Source: a virus. Taken from it: a stretch of 64,000 nt of DNA. Shown here piece by piece: positions 9,161 to 21,900 of the stretch (positions within the stretch are counted from its first letter, which is position 1; every line of letters begins with the position of its first letter). The translations under genes were made by a program, and so were the position numbers. The DNA is taken from the IMG/VR virus record IMGVR_UViG_3300035670_011119, positions 1-64,000 of that record; one strand, written 5' to 3'. The notes below the pieces were generated by a model. That model saw only the letters and a program-made list of their open reading frames with translations. It did no database searches and was not told where the DNA came from.

Positions 9161-12100
9161 ATGACAACATATGTTACTGATTATAGCATAAGTGGTAGCA
9201 CAATTATTGATTCTACCGGTAATTTTAATGCTCTAACTATTAATAATACTGGTATTAGTTTAAGTGGTCATATTCATACCTTTGCTGATATATCTAATTT
9301 TAGTAATGGTTTGAGCGGATTATCGAATTTGGGCAATATTCCTAGTGGAGTTTATATATATACTACAGGATTAAATCAATTCGGAACAGGAGTACTAACA
9401 TCTTTTGCACGAACACTTTTGGATGATTCTGGAGTAGCAGACGCTAGAACAACTTTAGGATTAAATGCGCTATCAACAGTTAGCGGCGTTTTGGTTCTTG
9501 GTTCGGATGTTGCTCAAGATATTATTCTTTCTAATATTCCTGGTTCTGGTACAATATTTAATAATCTGAAAAAAGATATTGATTTTTACGTCCAAGGAAC
9601 TGGTAACAATAGCGCATTTTATTATGATGCTTCATTGGGCAGATTAGGTATAAATACAACATCACCAGATACCTTATTGCATATTGTTAGTGATTGCACA
9701 TTAGACGGCTTGAAAATAGAAAGTACCACAAATTGTTCAACCGGCGTACATTTGCTGTTACAACATAATCCTGGAACATCACCAGTTACTGGTAGTTTCC
9801 CCGCTACCATATCATTGGCCGGTAGAGATGATAATGCTAATATTATTTATTATGCACAATTAAGATCAAAAGCAGTTTATACAGATGGTGATGGTGCTAA
9901 TGGTACTCAGGGCGAATTATTGGCTTATATAGATCATGATGGCACGGGCAATTTGGTGTTAAAACTAGCTAATTCTGGAACATATATCGGCCCCCATAAT
10001 ACTGTAAATGGTACGGCTAATTTTTACAACCTATTAGGTAGTGGCAATAATATTAATGGTAATAGTTTTATTGTGGTGGGTAATGCTAATACCCTGGATC
10101 CTGCAACAAATAATATAATGGTTGGTTCGTCTAATGACTCATTCGGATCGTCTAATCAAATAGTTGGTAGACTAGTAGAAGTTAATGGTACTGGCAATAT
10201 TGTTAATGGATATAATATTTATCAAAATGGAAATAGTAATTATTTATATGCTACTAATATTTTATATACTGGAAATAATAATATTATTGCTGGCAATTTA
10301 ACTAATGGTAGTGGACTAAGCAATATTTTACTTGGTAATAATATTTATAATTCTGGAAATGTTAATATATTAATTGGCTCAGGATTAAATAATATTGGCA
10401 ACTCTTTAATGGTTGTTGGCCAAAACTTGTACCTTAGAGGAAATAGTGGAGTATTATTGGGGAATAATAGTGCTGTTACTGGAAATAGTAATATTTTAAT
10501 AGGTAATAATTTAAATGTTGTATCAACAGGATTATTTATTTGTGGAGATAATATAACCGTAACAAATGTTGCTGATTCGTTAATACTAGAAAAAAATGTT
10601 AGTGTTAGTAGTTCTTCTGGTATAGTAATTGTTGGACGCGGTAATGATATTACTTCAAATAATAATACATTAGGTATTTATGGATATAAAAATACTACAC
10701 GCAATACTATAAGAAATTCTAATATATTAGGAGATTCTAATAGTCTTAGTAATGCGTCAGGATCATTGGTGCTTGGCACAATGAATATTGCTAGTGGTAC
10801 TCTTAATAATGATATTTTAATTGGTAAACAAAATTATCTTATTAATGCTAGTAATAATAATATTTTTATCGGCAATATTAATAATCAGTCTGGTTTAAGA
10901 TTAAATAGTGACGGATCGATTACAGGAACACTAAGTAATAATGGATCAAGATTTGTAAATACTGTTGCGCTCGGTAATCAGAATGTTTTTCAATCTTCTG
11001 GTAATCTACAAATTGCAATTGGTAATAAAAATGATATCGATGGTTTATATAGTATGGTAATTGGTAGTATAAATACTCTGCGTAATGGAGACTATAATAT
11101 TTTATTAGGCAAATCAAATTATGTTGGTGGGCCTAGTAATATAGTATTAGCTAATGATGGTAGAGTATTTGGGAATAATAATATTGTGTTGTCTCCTGCT
11201 GATAGTGTTAGAGTTTTTGGAGAAGATACTATTTCTGTAGGATCGAACAACGGACAACAATCTAATGGTATTGTTGTAGGATATAACAATAATTTATATG
11301 GCGATAATATTAATATTTATGGTAGTAATAATACTGCCGGAGACCAAAAGTATTTGTATACTGCTACAATAAGTAGTAATGGATTTGCTAGTTCACAAAT
11401 AAATTTTAATAGTAATATTACGAGCGATATTAAAGTTGGCGATAATATTTTAGTATATGTGTATAATCCTACTCCCACAGATATTAATGATACTTATGTA
11501 TTTGCTAGAACCGTTATTAGTAGCATTTGGGACGGCTCCACTACGCAAATAATTCTTAGTAGTAATATTACTTTACAAACCAATAATCCACAAAGTAATC
11601 CGAATAATTTTAACGATGCTTTCTCAGCAGCTGTTCCAACACTAGCATCAGGATATATAACTAAACAAAATTTAGGATCTAATAACTATATTTATGGTGA
11701 TAATAATACCATATTAGGTACTGGTAATACTGTTTTGGGTTTTGATAATAGCTTATCATCATATACTACTGGCGCAATAATATTAGGTCATGGATTATCT
11801 CATAATTATGGTAACAACTATATGGCCATTGGTCCAGCAGATGGTACCAAAATTGTTATTGGTCCAAAATTAGTACTTAACACTGGACTAGCTACCACAC
11901 AAATGTATGTTGTTAATACTAGTAATCAGTCTTATGTATATTTTAATAATACTAATAGTAGAATTGGTCTTGGCGCTAGTAATAATGCTCCAAGATCTTT
12001 ATTAGATGTTAGTGGTACTATCACAGCATCAGCACTAAGAATCGGATTGTCTGGTAATAATGGAGATCTTTTAAGTACAGATAGTGATGGTAATATATCT

Positions 12101-13855
12101 TATACTACTCCTACTAGAGTTAGTGGATACTATAATGGTTTAACATATGGTATTTCTAGTACATTAAGTAGTGGTATCGATTATCTTAGATGGAATAAGA
12201 ATACAAATACTTTGGAAATGTACAATTGGGACGATCCGGATAGTCCAAGTACTAATCCTGGCGATTGGCAACCTGGATTAATTATACGTCCTAATTCTGG
12301 TATGATTGTTAATTCTAATCATAGTTATAATGATGATGTTTTTAATTTTATAGTATATGGTAGTGGAGATTTTGAAGAGTTTCCAACGCTAATAAGTACA
12401 GATGTTGCTAAAAATATAGTATCTTTACATCATACTTATTTAGTTAGTGGTATTTTCTCTGGCGGAGTTAGAGTAACAGGATCTTTAGCTTTACCAGGAT
12501 TGAGTAGCGATGGTACAATTGTTGCTTTGGATAGTAATAAAAATATTACACACAATCAGATATCACCAAACACAATCATTTTGTCCGCATCAGATTCTAA
12601 ACCAACAGGATATAAAAATTTTCGTTGGTTTGAAGATGACAAGAGATTTTGTATGGGAAATAGTGTTCCTCATACTGATATTAGTAATAGCTTTGTAGAG
12701 AGTAATTATAATACTATTATTAGTAATGCTGTTGATGATGCTGCTGGAGCTGCTGGTAAAAACTATACAGTATTTAATAGAGATGGTATTGGAAGTTGGC
12801 CAGGTAGCGGTTTTGTGGTGCTTTATTCTGGCCAAGCTGGTAATGGACTAGGATTTAGAATAGATTATACTAATGCTAAAGTTGGTGTGAATACTAATCA
12901 TACTCATTTAACTGGTATAAATAGTTCTTTAATAGTTAATGGTGGTATTTACAGTACTGGATTAAGAATAGGTCCAACCGCCACATCTGGCTATGTATTA
13001 ATGGCTGTGGATAACAATGGTAATTTAGGATATAGACCAGTAAATTTAAATTTAACATCTAATACTATTCAATATCCATTTGTATTAGAAACATTGAATA
13101 ATATAACTAAATTAAAATTAGCTAATACTGATGAAAATAGTGTTGCTTTAGATAATGATGGACATTATAATGATTTGGGTAGAGTATTAGCTTGGAATGG
13201 AAATTCCGATAAATGGTATATGCCCAAACACTTTAAGTTGTATGAAGGCACAACATCACAAAAACATAATATTCTATTTGGTCAATATGCATCAAACTAT
13301 TATCTTACAACACAAAATTTACATGCTTTTAGTGCTGGCAGTTTTCATAGTACCGAACCAACATACGAAGGGTCAAGTCAATACTTACAGTTTTATTTAA
13401 GAGGATCAGGTAATGCTGCAAATCCATGCGATCTTACTACAGACTGGTCATACGATGATCCAGAAACTCCATCATCAACTAATGCTAATGTTATTAGAAT
13501 GCCAAGTACCGATCAAAATTACCATGCATGGATGTATGAAGCTATGATTTCAGTATTAGGTATTAATAGCACAGGAATAGATGATCCCACCTCTTATGCT
13601 GCTGGCGCTATTAAATTGGTTGGTGCTGTGCGTAGACTAGGTGGTTCAGCATCTCTTGTAAATATTGGAAATCCGCAACAAACCGTTTTCTCCGATTCTG
13701 TTCTAAATGGTATTGGCGCTAATATGGTTTTTAGTCCAGGAACCGCTGGTGCCGGAACAATGACAATTAGGTGTACCGGTGTTGCTAATTATATAACAGC
13801 TTGGAGTGCTACTGTAAAAATTAATCAATTATCTTTACCACAAGTTAAACGATAA
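9161..13855 (+). CDS. Tail fibre / receptor-binding protein with GxxN beta-roll repeats
   Basis: AAGGA RBS. Has SGHIH, LTSFARTLLDD..ARTTLGL and GRLGINTTSPDTLLHI / RIGLG..APRSLLDVSG fibre motifs, plus a long array of ~14-aa (I/V)GxxN repeats typical of trimeric beta-roll/beta-helix fibres. Confidence 0.75.
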   Translation: MTTYVTDYSISGSTIIDSTGNFNALTINNTGISLSGHIHTFADISNFSNGLSGLSNLGNIPSGVYIYTTGLNQFGTGVLTSFARTLLDDSGVADARTTLGLNALSTVSGVLVLGSDVAQDIILSNIPGSGTIFNNLKKDIDFYVQGTGNNSAFYYDASLGRLGINTTSPDTLLHIVSDCTLDGLKIESTTNCSTGVHLLLQHNPGTSPVTGSFPATISLAGRDDNANIIYYAQLRSKAVYTDGDGANGTQGELLAYIDHDGTGNLVLKLANSGTYIGPHNTVNGTANFYNLLGSGNNINGNSFIVVGNANTLDPATNNIMVGSSNDSFGSSNQIVGRLVEVNGTGNIVNGYNIYQNGNSNYLYATNILYTGNNNIIAGNLTNGSGLSNILLGNNIYNSGNVNILIGSGLNNIGNSLMVVGQNLYLRGNSGVLLGNNSAVTGNSNILIGNNLNVVSTGLFICGDNITVTNVADSLILEKNVSVSSSSGIVIVGRGNDITSNNNTLGIYGYKNTTRNTIRNSNILGDSNSLSNASGSLVLGTMNIASGTLNNDILIGKQNYLINASNNNIFIGNINNQSGLRLNSDGSITGTLSNNGSRFVNTVALGNQNVFQSSGNLQIAIGNKNDIDGLYSMVIGSINTLRNGDYNILLGKSNYVGGPSNIVLANDGRVFGNNNIVLSPADSVRVFGEDTISVGSNNGQQSNGIVVGYNNNLYGDNINIYGSNNTAGDQKYLYTATISSNGFASSQINFNSNITSDIKVGDNILVYVYNPTPTDINDTYVFARTVISSIWDGSTTQIILSSNITLQTNNPQSNPNNFNDAFSAAVPTLASGYITKQNLGSNNYIYGDNNTILGTGNTVLGFDNSLSSYTTGAIILGHGLSHNYGNNYMAIGPADGTKIVIGPKLVLNTGLATTQMYVVNTSNQSYVYFNNTNSRIGLGASNNAPRSLLDVSGTITASALRIGLSGNNGDLLSTDSDGNISYTTPTRVSGYYNGLTYGISSTLSSGIDYLRWNKNTNTLEMYNWDDPDSPSTNPGDWQPGLIIRPNSGMIVNSNHSYNDDVFNFIVYGSGDFEEFPTLISTDVAKNIVSLHHTYLVSGIFSGGVRVTGSLALPGLSSDGTIVALDSNKNITHNQISPNTIILSASDSKPTGYKNFRWFEDDKRFCMGNSVPHTDISNSFVESNYNTIISNAVDDAAGAAGKNYTVFNRDGIGSWPGSGFVVLYSGQAGNGLGFRIDYTNAKVGVNTNHTHLTGINSSLIVNGGIYSTGLRIGPTATSGYVLMAVDNNGNLGYRPVNLNLTSNTIQYPFVLETLNNITKLKLANTDENSVALDNDGHYNDLGRVLAWNGNSDKWYMPKHFKLYEGTTSQKHNILFGQYASNYYLTTQNLHAFSAGSFHSTEPTYEGSSQYLQFYLRGSGNAANPCDLTTDWSYDDPETPSSTNANVIRMPSTDQNYHAWMYEAMISVLGINSTGIDDPTSYAAGAIKLVGAVRRLGGSASLVNIGNPQQTVFSDSVLNGIGANMVFSPGTAGAGTMTIRCTGVANYITAWSATVKINQLSLPQVKR

Positions 13856-13880
13856 TTTTATTACTTATTAAGGACATACT

Positions 13881-15944
13881 ATGGCAAAATGCGTTTGCAT
13901 AAAATATAATGGCAAATTACTAGCACCAACGCCAATGATTAGTCTGACGCGTTCTTTTCAGGATGTTGCTGGTCGTCATGTTGGATCAACACTTTCTGTA
14001 CAATTACAGGGTAAAATAGTTCGTGGAACAACTCCTGGAGCTACTCAAAGAGCTAACTATATAGCTTCGTATCCTTGTGTTGGAGTAACTCATAATGATA
14101 TTATTGGATTAGCAGGAGATGAAATTAATGGCTTATTATACGAAGAAGATAGATTAAGACAAGTATTTATAGCCACAACAGGACAATTATATACAGATTA
14201 TACTCTACAACAAAATTTAGGAGTAACTCCAGCTAATAATTTAACTCCTGATATTCAAACTAATAAATTTGAATTAAGTATTGTTAGTAATGAACCTGGC
14301 GTGACTAGTCCGGTTATTGTTATAGAAGGTTATGGTAGAGTAACAAATTATAGTAGTACTTCTGAATCATATATTAATACTATAGACTATACAGTAGATA
14401 TTGATATTGAAGAGCATAAAAGTTTATTTAATAATAATGATACTAGATATTTACTTAGCAGTTATACTGATACTCTGAATATAGAACCACTAAGCGATTT
14501 TGCGCCATTCGACGCTAATGATCCGGCATTAAATGCCTACTTTGGCGTAGCATATAATAATAGTAATAGAGATTATAAAGCTGATCAAAGTCATCCAAAA
14601 TTTAATATTTCTAGAACCATATCAGCAGTGGGCAAACATTCTAATAATCCGTATAGTAATAATAAAGTTCAAAATCAGGGCAGAACATTGGGTGTTGGAA
14701 TAGGTAGTGCTTTTAGTAATGCTAGATACTATGTGTTAGATAGACTAAAGCATTTGCCTACCGAACTCTTTATGACCAATGGTTATATTACAACAAATAG
14801 GGTTAAGGTTATAAATGCTGATGAAAGTGGCGGATCTTTTAGTATAACAGAAACTAGTTTAGCCGTTCATGCTGATTTTCATCCTCGATTTATTGATGAT
14901 TGGACAGCGGAAGTTAGTTTTGACGGATCATTTTTACAAACCATAAGAATTAATGGCACAATAAAAGGATTAGAAACTTATGGTGATAATATTAGAAATG
15001 AAAATGCTAGCATTATGGACGGTTCTCAGCCTGGATCTTGGGCTAATACACTGGGTGGAGCTAGTCCAGGAGGATTAGATGAAATTCATAGCTATGCTCG
15101 TTCATTACCAGATTTTATACGACCACAAGATCTTAGTGCTTCATATATTGGCTCGCCTACTACTAATCCGTCAAATACTACGAATGCTGTTATGAATAAT
15201 ATATCTCCAGTACCAGTTGCTAATAATCCTACAATACCTAATGCTCCCGGAGAATTTAAAATTGGTAAATATCAAAATGCTATTCAGGGTATGTTTTGGC
15301 TAAAAAATAGTGATCATCCTTATAGAAGTCCAATCTTTAGAAGAGCAGAATTATTTGCATACTCTAGTAATATAAATAATCAAATTACTAATCCCTATAA
15401 ATGGCTTAATAGCGCCCAAGCTATAAGCGAAAGAAGTAGTTTTCCACCATCAGTCGCAAATGTTCTACAATTAAATCCTATACCGATTAGTATGACAGAA
15501 AGTCATAGAAAAAGTGTTGGAGAAATTGATTATAGTTTTGAATTTAATAATAGACCACTAAATTTAATACAGGGCTCTATTAGCGAATCTCTAACAGTAA
15601 ATGATACATTTCCAACTCAACAAATAGCAGAAATCTTTGTTTTGGGTCGAAAACTTGGTCCGGTACTACAAGATTTAGGAACAGTAACATCATCATCAAG
15701 AGAAGTAACTTTAGAGGTTGTTATTCCTAGACCACGCATGATTGGCCAAAGATTAATTTTTCCAACTAATATTTTTACAGCAGCAACAGGCTTGGTTGAA
15801 CAATTAAATCCAAAGTATACTTTTGGAACACTATCGCCACCCACAAGCATTAAAAGTTATGTTAAGAACGATACTCACAACTATAATCCGCTAGAAGGAA
15901 GACTTAGTATTAGTAAATCATGGATATGGCAAAGAGCTAAATAG
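13881..15944 (+). CDS. Putative tail/baseplate structural protein (687 aa)
   Basis: AAGGA RBS, beta-rich composition and position between fibre and hub-like genes; no recognisable catalytic motif. Confidence 0.5.
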   Translation: MAKCVCIKYNGKLLAPTPMISLTRSFQDVAGRHVGSTLSVQLQGKIVRGTTPGATQRANYIASYPCVGVTHNDIIGLAGDEINGLLYEEDRLRQVFIATTGQLYTDYTLQQNLGVTPANNLTPDIQTNKFELSIVSNEPGVTSPVIVIEGYGRVTNYSSTSESYINTIDYTVDIDIEEHKSLFNNNDTRYLLSSYTDTLNIEPLSDFAPFDANDPALNAYFGVAYNNSNRDYKADQSHPKFNISRTISAVGKHSNNPYSNNKVQNQGRTLGVGIGSAFSNARYYVLDRLKHLPTELFMTNGYITTNRVKVINADESGGSFSITETSLAVHADFHPRFIDDWTAEVSFDGSFLQTIRINGTIKGLETYGDNIRNENASIMDGSQPGSWANTLGGASPGGLDEIHSYARSLPDFIRPQDLSASYIGSPTTNPSNTTNAVMNNISPVPVANNPTIPNAPGEFKIGKYQNAIQGMFWLKNSDHPYRSPIFRRAELFAYSSNINNQITNPYKWLNSAQAISERSSFPPSVANVLQLNPIPISMTESHRKSVGEIDYSFEFNNRPLNLIQGSISESLTVNDTFPTQQIAEIFVLGRKLGPVLQDLGTVTSSSREVTLEVVIPRPRMIGQRLIFPTNIFTAATGLVEQLNPKYTFGTLSPPTSIKSYVKNDTHNYNPLEGRLSISKSWIWQRAK

Positions 15945-15952
15945 GATATTTT

Positions 15953-18900
15953 ATGAGTGATAATGTTTATAATTTTCCAGTAGAAAAAAGAGAATCCACA
16001 ATAGTACCGCCGCAGCCTTCTGTTCCATTAAATAATGGTACCACACAATTAACATCTCAGTTACCGCGAGGGACCATTACTGATGAAGCTTTATTATATA
16101 CTGATCAAGCTATTTATCAATATGGTCAACACGGACCTTTTAATCAAACATTATTTTTAGGATGTAGCGTTGTTAATTTTAATGCTAATTTAGGTTGGGG
16201 AGGAGAAGCTAGTTCACTAACAGTTAGCTTAGTAGAAGATGATACTCCTCATCCTAATAGTCCAACATGGGATCAGAATAATAATGCCGCGGTGGTGAGC
16301 AATGCTTTGGCTCGTACCCAACCATTTTACGATCTTGCTGCTAGAAGTACTTTTCGAACTGTACCACCCACAACAGATTTTTTAACAGCTGCTGGCGCCG
16401 CTCCCGGCATTCAACACATTCCAACAACTGTACCAGACTTAGCAATAAATGATCCTAATATTAGTCCTGATTTACACAGAAATATACTATTACAAGAAGA
16501 GCATAAAAAAGAACATAATGATATTACAAATGCTAGACTAAGTGTTGCAACACCGAACAGAGCCGACTTTGGTAAAGTATATTATGATCTTCAGCCAACT
16601 GGCGATATTATTAAAAGATACTGGACCGGCAGAGATCCAGGATTTGTTGGTGAAAGCTATGATATATTAGGTGTTGCTGTAAGATTTATTTTTAATGATT
16701 TTGAATTTGCCGGCATTGTAACATCATGGAAAAATAATGGTGGATCAGGAGGTAAAAATTTATATACTGTAGAAATTAAGAGTTTTGCTACACTATTAAA
16801 AAATACCCAATTAATTATTGATTATTATCCAGGAACCATTTTTTCACAAGCAGATAGTATTCCTGGTCCTTTTACTCTATTAGATAAATTTGGTTTTCCT
16901 TGTAGTTTCATAGGAGATAGAGTTGGTCCGGCCCAGGGTGTCGAAGCCTTAGAATCAGAATACACAGATGATCATTTTCAGGGCAAAATTGCTGAAGGCG
17001 GCTTGCCAAATGTATTTAATATTTATGGATATTTACAAGCTGTTCGTGGTTGGGGCAAGAGCGATATTAGTGAAAATGGCACACTAGTTAAAGATGTATT
17101 GTTAGGTATAGAAAACTTAGTCAATAAATCAGAACCACCATCGAATAATATTGTTGATAAGCCATTAATAATAGATGCTAGATTTAGTCCATATGGTAGA
17201 ATTGTTGGCAAAGCGCCGGCACTAATTAAACAAGATGGTATTTATAAGGATATTCCATCTGCTACAATTAGATTTTTAAAAGACAAATACGAGATTGTGG
17301 ACCCATTAACTCACGCATTTAAAGGTCTAAAAGAAAGAGATATCGCTCAAGCACAACTACAATCTGGTAGCGTAACAGTTGCGGAACAGTTTTTACAGGA
17401 TCCTCAGTATGCTGAGAATAGATTTAATAGTACCGGCGGCACAATGACCCTATCTAAAATGGGCATCATACCAACATCCAATCATGTGGATACTATACAT
17501 AGACAATACTATACTTTAGATTTATCAGCACTACCATCTGTTCCTGATGACTATACTATTAATGGTCCTATTATTAGTGTTATAGATTTAATACAAAATG
17601 TTTGTGATGCAAATAATTTTGATTATTTTATTGATTTTGATCCTCAAACCAGAAATACTATTAAAGTTAGAACAATTTCTCGACAAAAACAGCCACCAAA
17701 TAATTATATTGCAGAACTAATTAAAAATACAGAAAATAATAACATACTAACTAGTTATGACTATGGTATAGAATTTAATGACGAAGCTACTCTTAGATCA
17801 ATGTATATTGGAGCCAAGCAAAAAAGATTATTACAACTAAATTCAAACTTCTTGTCTCGTAAAAATAATAGTTTATTATTTGATCCTAAGGTTGGAGATA
17901 TTTTCTTTCATACGGTTGATGATGTTAGAAATACACTAAGATCTCCGGATCATATATTATATAGAAATCCAGCATATTCTTATTATAATGAATTTAATAA
18001 TATACCACCCACTCTTGGTAGTGGCACAGGATGTTTTGTGTCTACAACTCTGGGTACAACTTATTCATATTCTGATTCAACAACCGCATGGAATTGGGGC
18101 ACTAATGTTGGCAGAGGAAATTATGGTCATGAAATAAAGTATGTTAATAATTCACAAGATCTTAATATCAAAAATAGTAGTGAGGATGTTTTTAAAGATT
18201 TAGCACGATCTTTATTTCAGGTTACTGGGTCAGAGCCGATAATAGTGGGCTCAGAATCCGAAGAGAATATAGGAAATCGTCCTATTCTAACTAATTATGC
18301 ACTATGGGATGATTTTATTTGTCCATATTTTGGTCTAGATATCGACGGAACTGCTAGAAAAGTATATTTTGATAATACGATGCAGCAAATTCAAGTTTTA
18401 TGTAGTGTTGGAGATATACAAAATATTCTGGGTTTTGCTATAACTCAAGCGCTAAACTTGAATACTGTTACTACTAAACAAGAGGATGATGCTAGACTAC
18501 CATCGGATCCATTAGTTAGTGGTACTGATCCTAGTACTTTTACTGGAAACGATCCTCGAAGAACAAATAGAGAAATTCTTACTAATTTACAACAAGGTGA
18601 AACTGTTGCTACTTTTCATACCAAATGGAATGTTAGAGATAGATCATATTATGATGTTAGTAGTAAGTTTTTAATTTTAGAAAATGAAATTAGAGCCGCT
18701 ATGGCAGGATTTGAATCTTGGGTATATTATACCTTTAATAAAAACTTTACTACAGATTTGGGAGTAATGTTAAGATACACAATGGTTAGTCCAACAGGAT
18801 TAATAGTTAGGGAGAGTACTGTACAAGAGAATCCGCCCATTTCTAGTATAACAAACAAAGGCGAACCTGTTGTTAGCATGGTATTTCATGGTCCTGATCC

Positions 18901-21900
18901 GCATTTAATAGGAGACAACGCTGGTGATAGTCCAAATAGTAGTGCGTCGTTGATGAACGATAGAGTAAGTGATATGTTACAAAAAGTACATTCTTATGTT
19001 AAGAATATTGGAGACACTTATTATGGTAAACAATTTATGGTTAAAATACCAGGATTAAGTATTTCTAGAGACAGACCATCTACAAGTAATAAACAATTCG
19101 ACGCTATTTATAGGGGAGTAACTGCAAATGTAGAAGAATTTCGTGGAGTAGGAACATTATATAGTAACTATAAACCAGCAACAGATGGAGCCTGGGAAGA
19201 GCCCGGAAATATTATTGATAATACTATACTAATAGGTTCTGTTACAGGAGATTTTTTTACAAATGAGGATGGTAGATTCGGAGCAATATTGGGTTACAAG
19301 GCTAGTTATGAATTTTTAAATGATACTATTCCCGACGAAACAATATATAATGCTACAAAGCCGGATAATTCTCAATCGTCTCCGCCGCCAATATCGCAAA
19401 GATCAGTAGTATTAGATAAAAATAATAAGGTTACTAACTATACATCATTTTCTAGTGGAAATATTCCAGAAGGTGTCAGATTTAGTAAAGTAGAAGATAT
19501 AAAGAACGCCATAAACTCAACTTTATCAGCTTCCGACCAAAACGAACAATCTCCATCAGCAAATCCTCCATCTATGGCTATTATATTGGCTCAATCGTCC
19601 CAGCCAGCTACTGGTATTGATGTTATACCAAATGAATGGTATCCATCATTAATTACCTCACTATCTAATAGTGAATTTTTATATTATCCATATAATTTTG
19701 GAGACTCTTATCCAAGCGTATCACAATTGGCAGATGTTACATTTGCAAATATTAATCATATGCAGAAAACTGCTTATGGTTATACCGTACCAGCATCAAA
19801 CACTACACTACATGAACATTTACAGTATAAATTGTATGCAAAAGCATCAATAGAAGATAATTTTATTTTTATCAGAACTGATGAGTGGTTATATAATTCA
19901 TCTAGCACAAATAACAATCCAAACTATAGAGAACCAAGAGCAATTGTGACTCTCTCATCTCCTGTAGAATGTAATCCTGTACACATAGCTAGCAAATATG
20001 TGCATCATTGTTTAATGTTAGATAGTACTCTTTTTAAGGTTAGAGCAGCACAGGTTTCTATACCGATTGAAGTAGCGTCTCCATCCAGAATAACGGGTAC
20101 TCTTGTTGGCGGACTATTGCCATATAATGGTGGTTTTTCTAAAGCTGGTGATATTATTACTAATGCAACAGATCATTTTTTGGATGCGTTAAATGCTGTT
20201 GATAAAGATGCTAATAAAGCAGTTACTATGCCAATAGCTCCCAAGGCTGCTATGCCAGGTTTTGCTGCTGTGCCACTAGAAAGCCAAGCGGCTGTTTATG
20301 GGCCATGGATCAATTATCCTTGGATGGTACGAAAAGATATTTTTACTCATCCTGACATATCAGAAAATCCTAATTATATTAAAGATGCTATAGAAAATCT
20401 TATTGGTGGACTAAAAGTTCAGGTAGTAGAAGAACTATGTCCTTGGAAATATGGTAGTGTTAAAAATCTTGATATGGAAGCAATAGCTAGAGTAGAAAAT
20501 GATTCTAATTATCAGATAACACAAGAATATGGTAATGTTAGCATACCAGGATCTCCAATATATAAACTGGGAGATTTTTTGGATAGAGTTTCAGAAAGAA
20601 CTAGTGGGCCAATTATTAATTCTATAAGATCAAATATTGGTGATGGTGGAGTAAGTACAGAATATAGTTTAAGAACATTTACCAGAAAATTTGGATTATT
20701 TAATAAGGAAAATGCCAGTAGAGCTGCTCAAGTAGGAGCAGAAAGAATATCTAGAAGACGAGCAATAGCATTACAAGCAGCAGAGGTAACTAATAGAAGA
20801 GCTGCTGGATTAAGATCTCAAAATTTAAATGATGCTCCAACAAGAGATTATAATAATCCCCCATTACCAGAGTCCTGGAGAAGCTCTAGCGAATTATTGG
20901 TTGGGCATAACGACATTAATGTTAGAATGCCATTAAATTTGAGAAATTCTCCTGATCAAGGTGTTCTTGCTATGAGTGGTATGTTAAATTATGATGCTAG
21001 ATGGGGTTTTACTCCAACAACTACTGGCGCATATAATATTATAGATTATCCTAAAATATTTAGCAATACACAAATCTTAGACAATAGAGAAGCATTAAAC
21101 CAATTAGAAAGTTCTTATGAGAATACTTCTTTTATGAGTTTAGATGGCTTATTATCTCCAATTTCATTTTATCCCACAGAAAATTTTAGAACGTATCATA
21201 TAAGTAAATATCCTAGAAAATCTTGTAGATATTGTTTTGGTAAAGGTAAATTAAAATATAATTTTGGCATGGCGGGATTATATAATACTATTACCGGATT
21301 AAATGCGGGAGGTTTATCTGGAGTTACTCCAGCACAATCACAAGCGTCTAGTGAAAGTAGTATAGATTGTCCATTTTGCGAAGCAGAAGAAGGTAAAATT
21401 GCTAGATTGCTAACCGGAACAAAAAGAGGACGAGTTACTCCACCATTTATAATGACAACTGGTCTAGATCCATCCGGCGGAGTTGCTGGGTCTAATGTAC
21501 ATAGAACATTAGGAACTGTTATTAATTATTCTACTTTAAATCCAGTAGTTTTAACATATGGTGAATTTAGTAATTTTCAAAATAGGCAGAGTGATGACAA
21601 TACAGCCAATAGTATAAGAATGGTTGGCTTGAGTACTGTGCCTCCAAATAAGGCTTCTGATAGTTTAAATCAAATGTATGCTAGTGATAATCGTTTATAT
21701 AAGTCTCATCTAGATTATGATCAATTATATTTAGATAAAATTAAAGAACTACACGCTATACCACCAAATAAAAGATCATCAAATATTAATAAGCTTATTC
21801 AAAAATTACCAGAGAATATAACCCCATTTTCTAATAATGCTAGGTTTTTTGGTTTGCGCGGCCCTATTATGGTTCATGGTTGGGGATACGATACCGAAGG

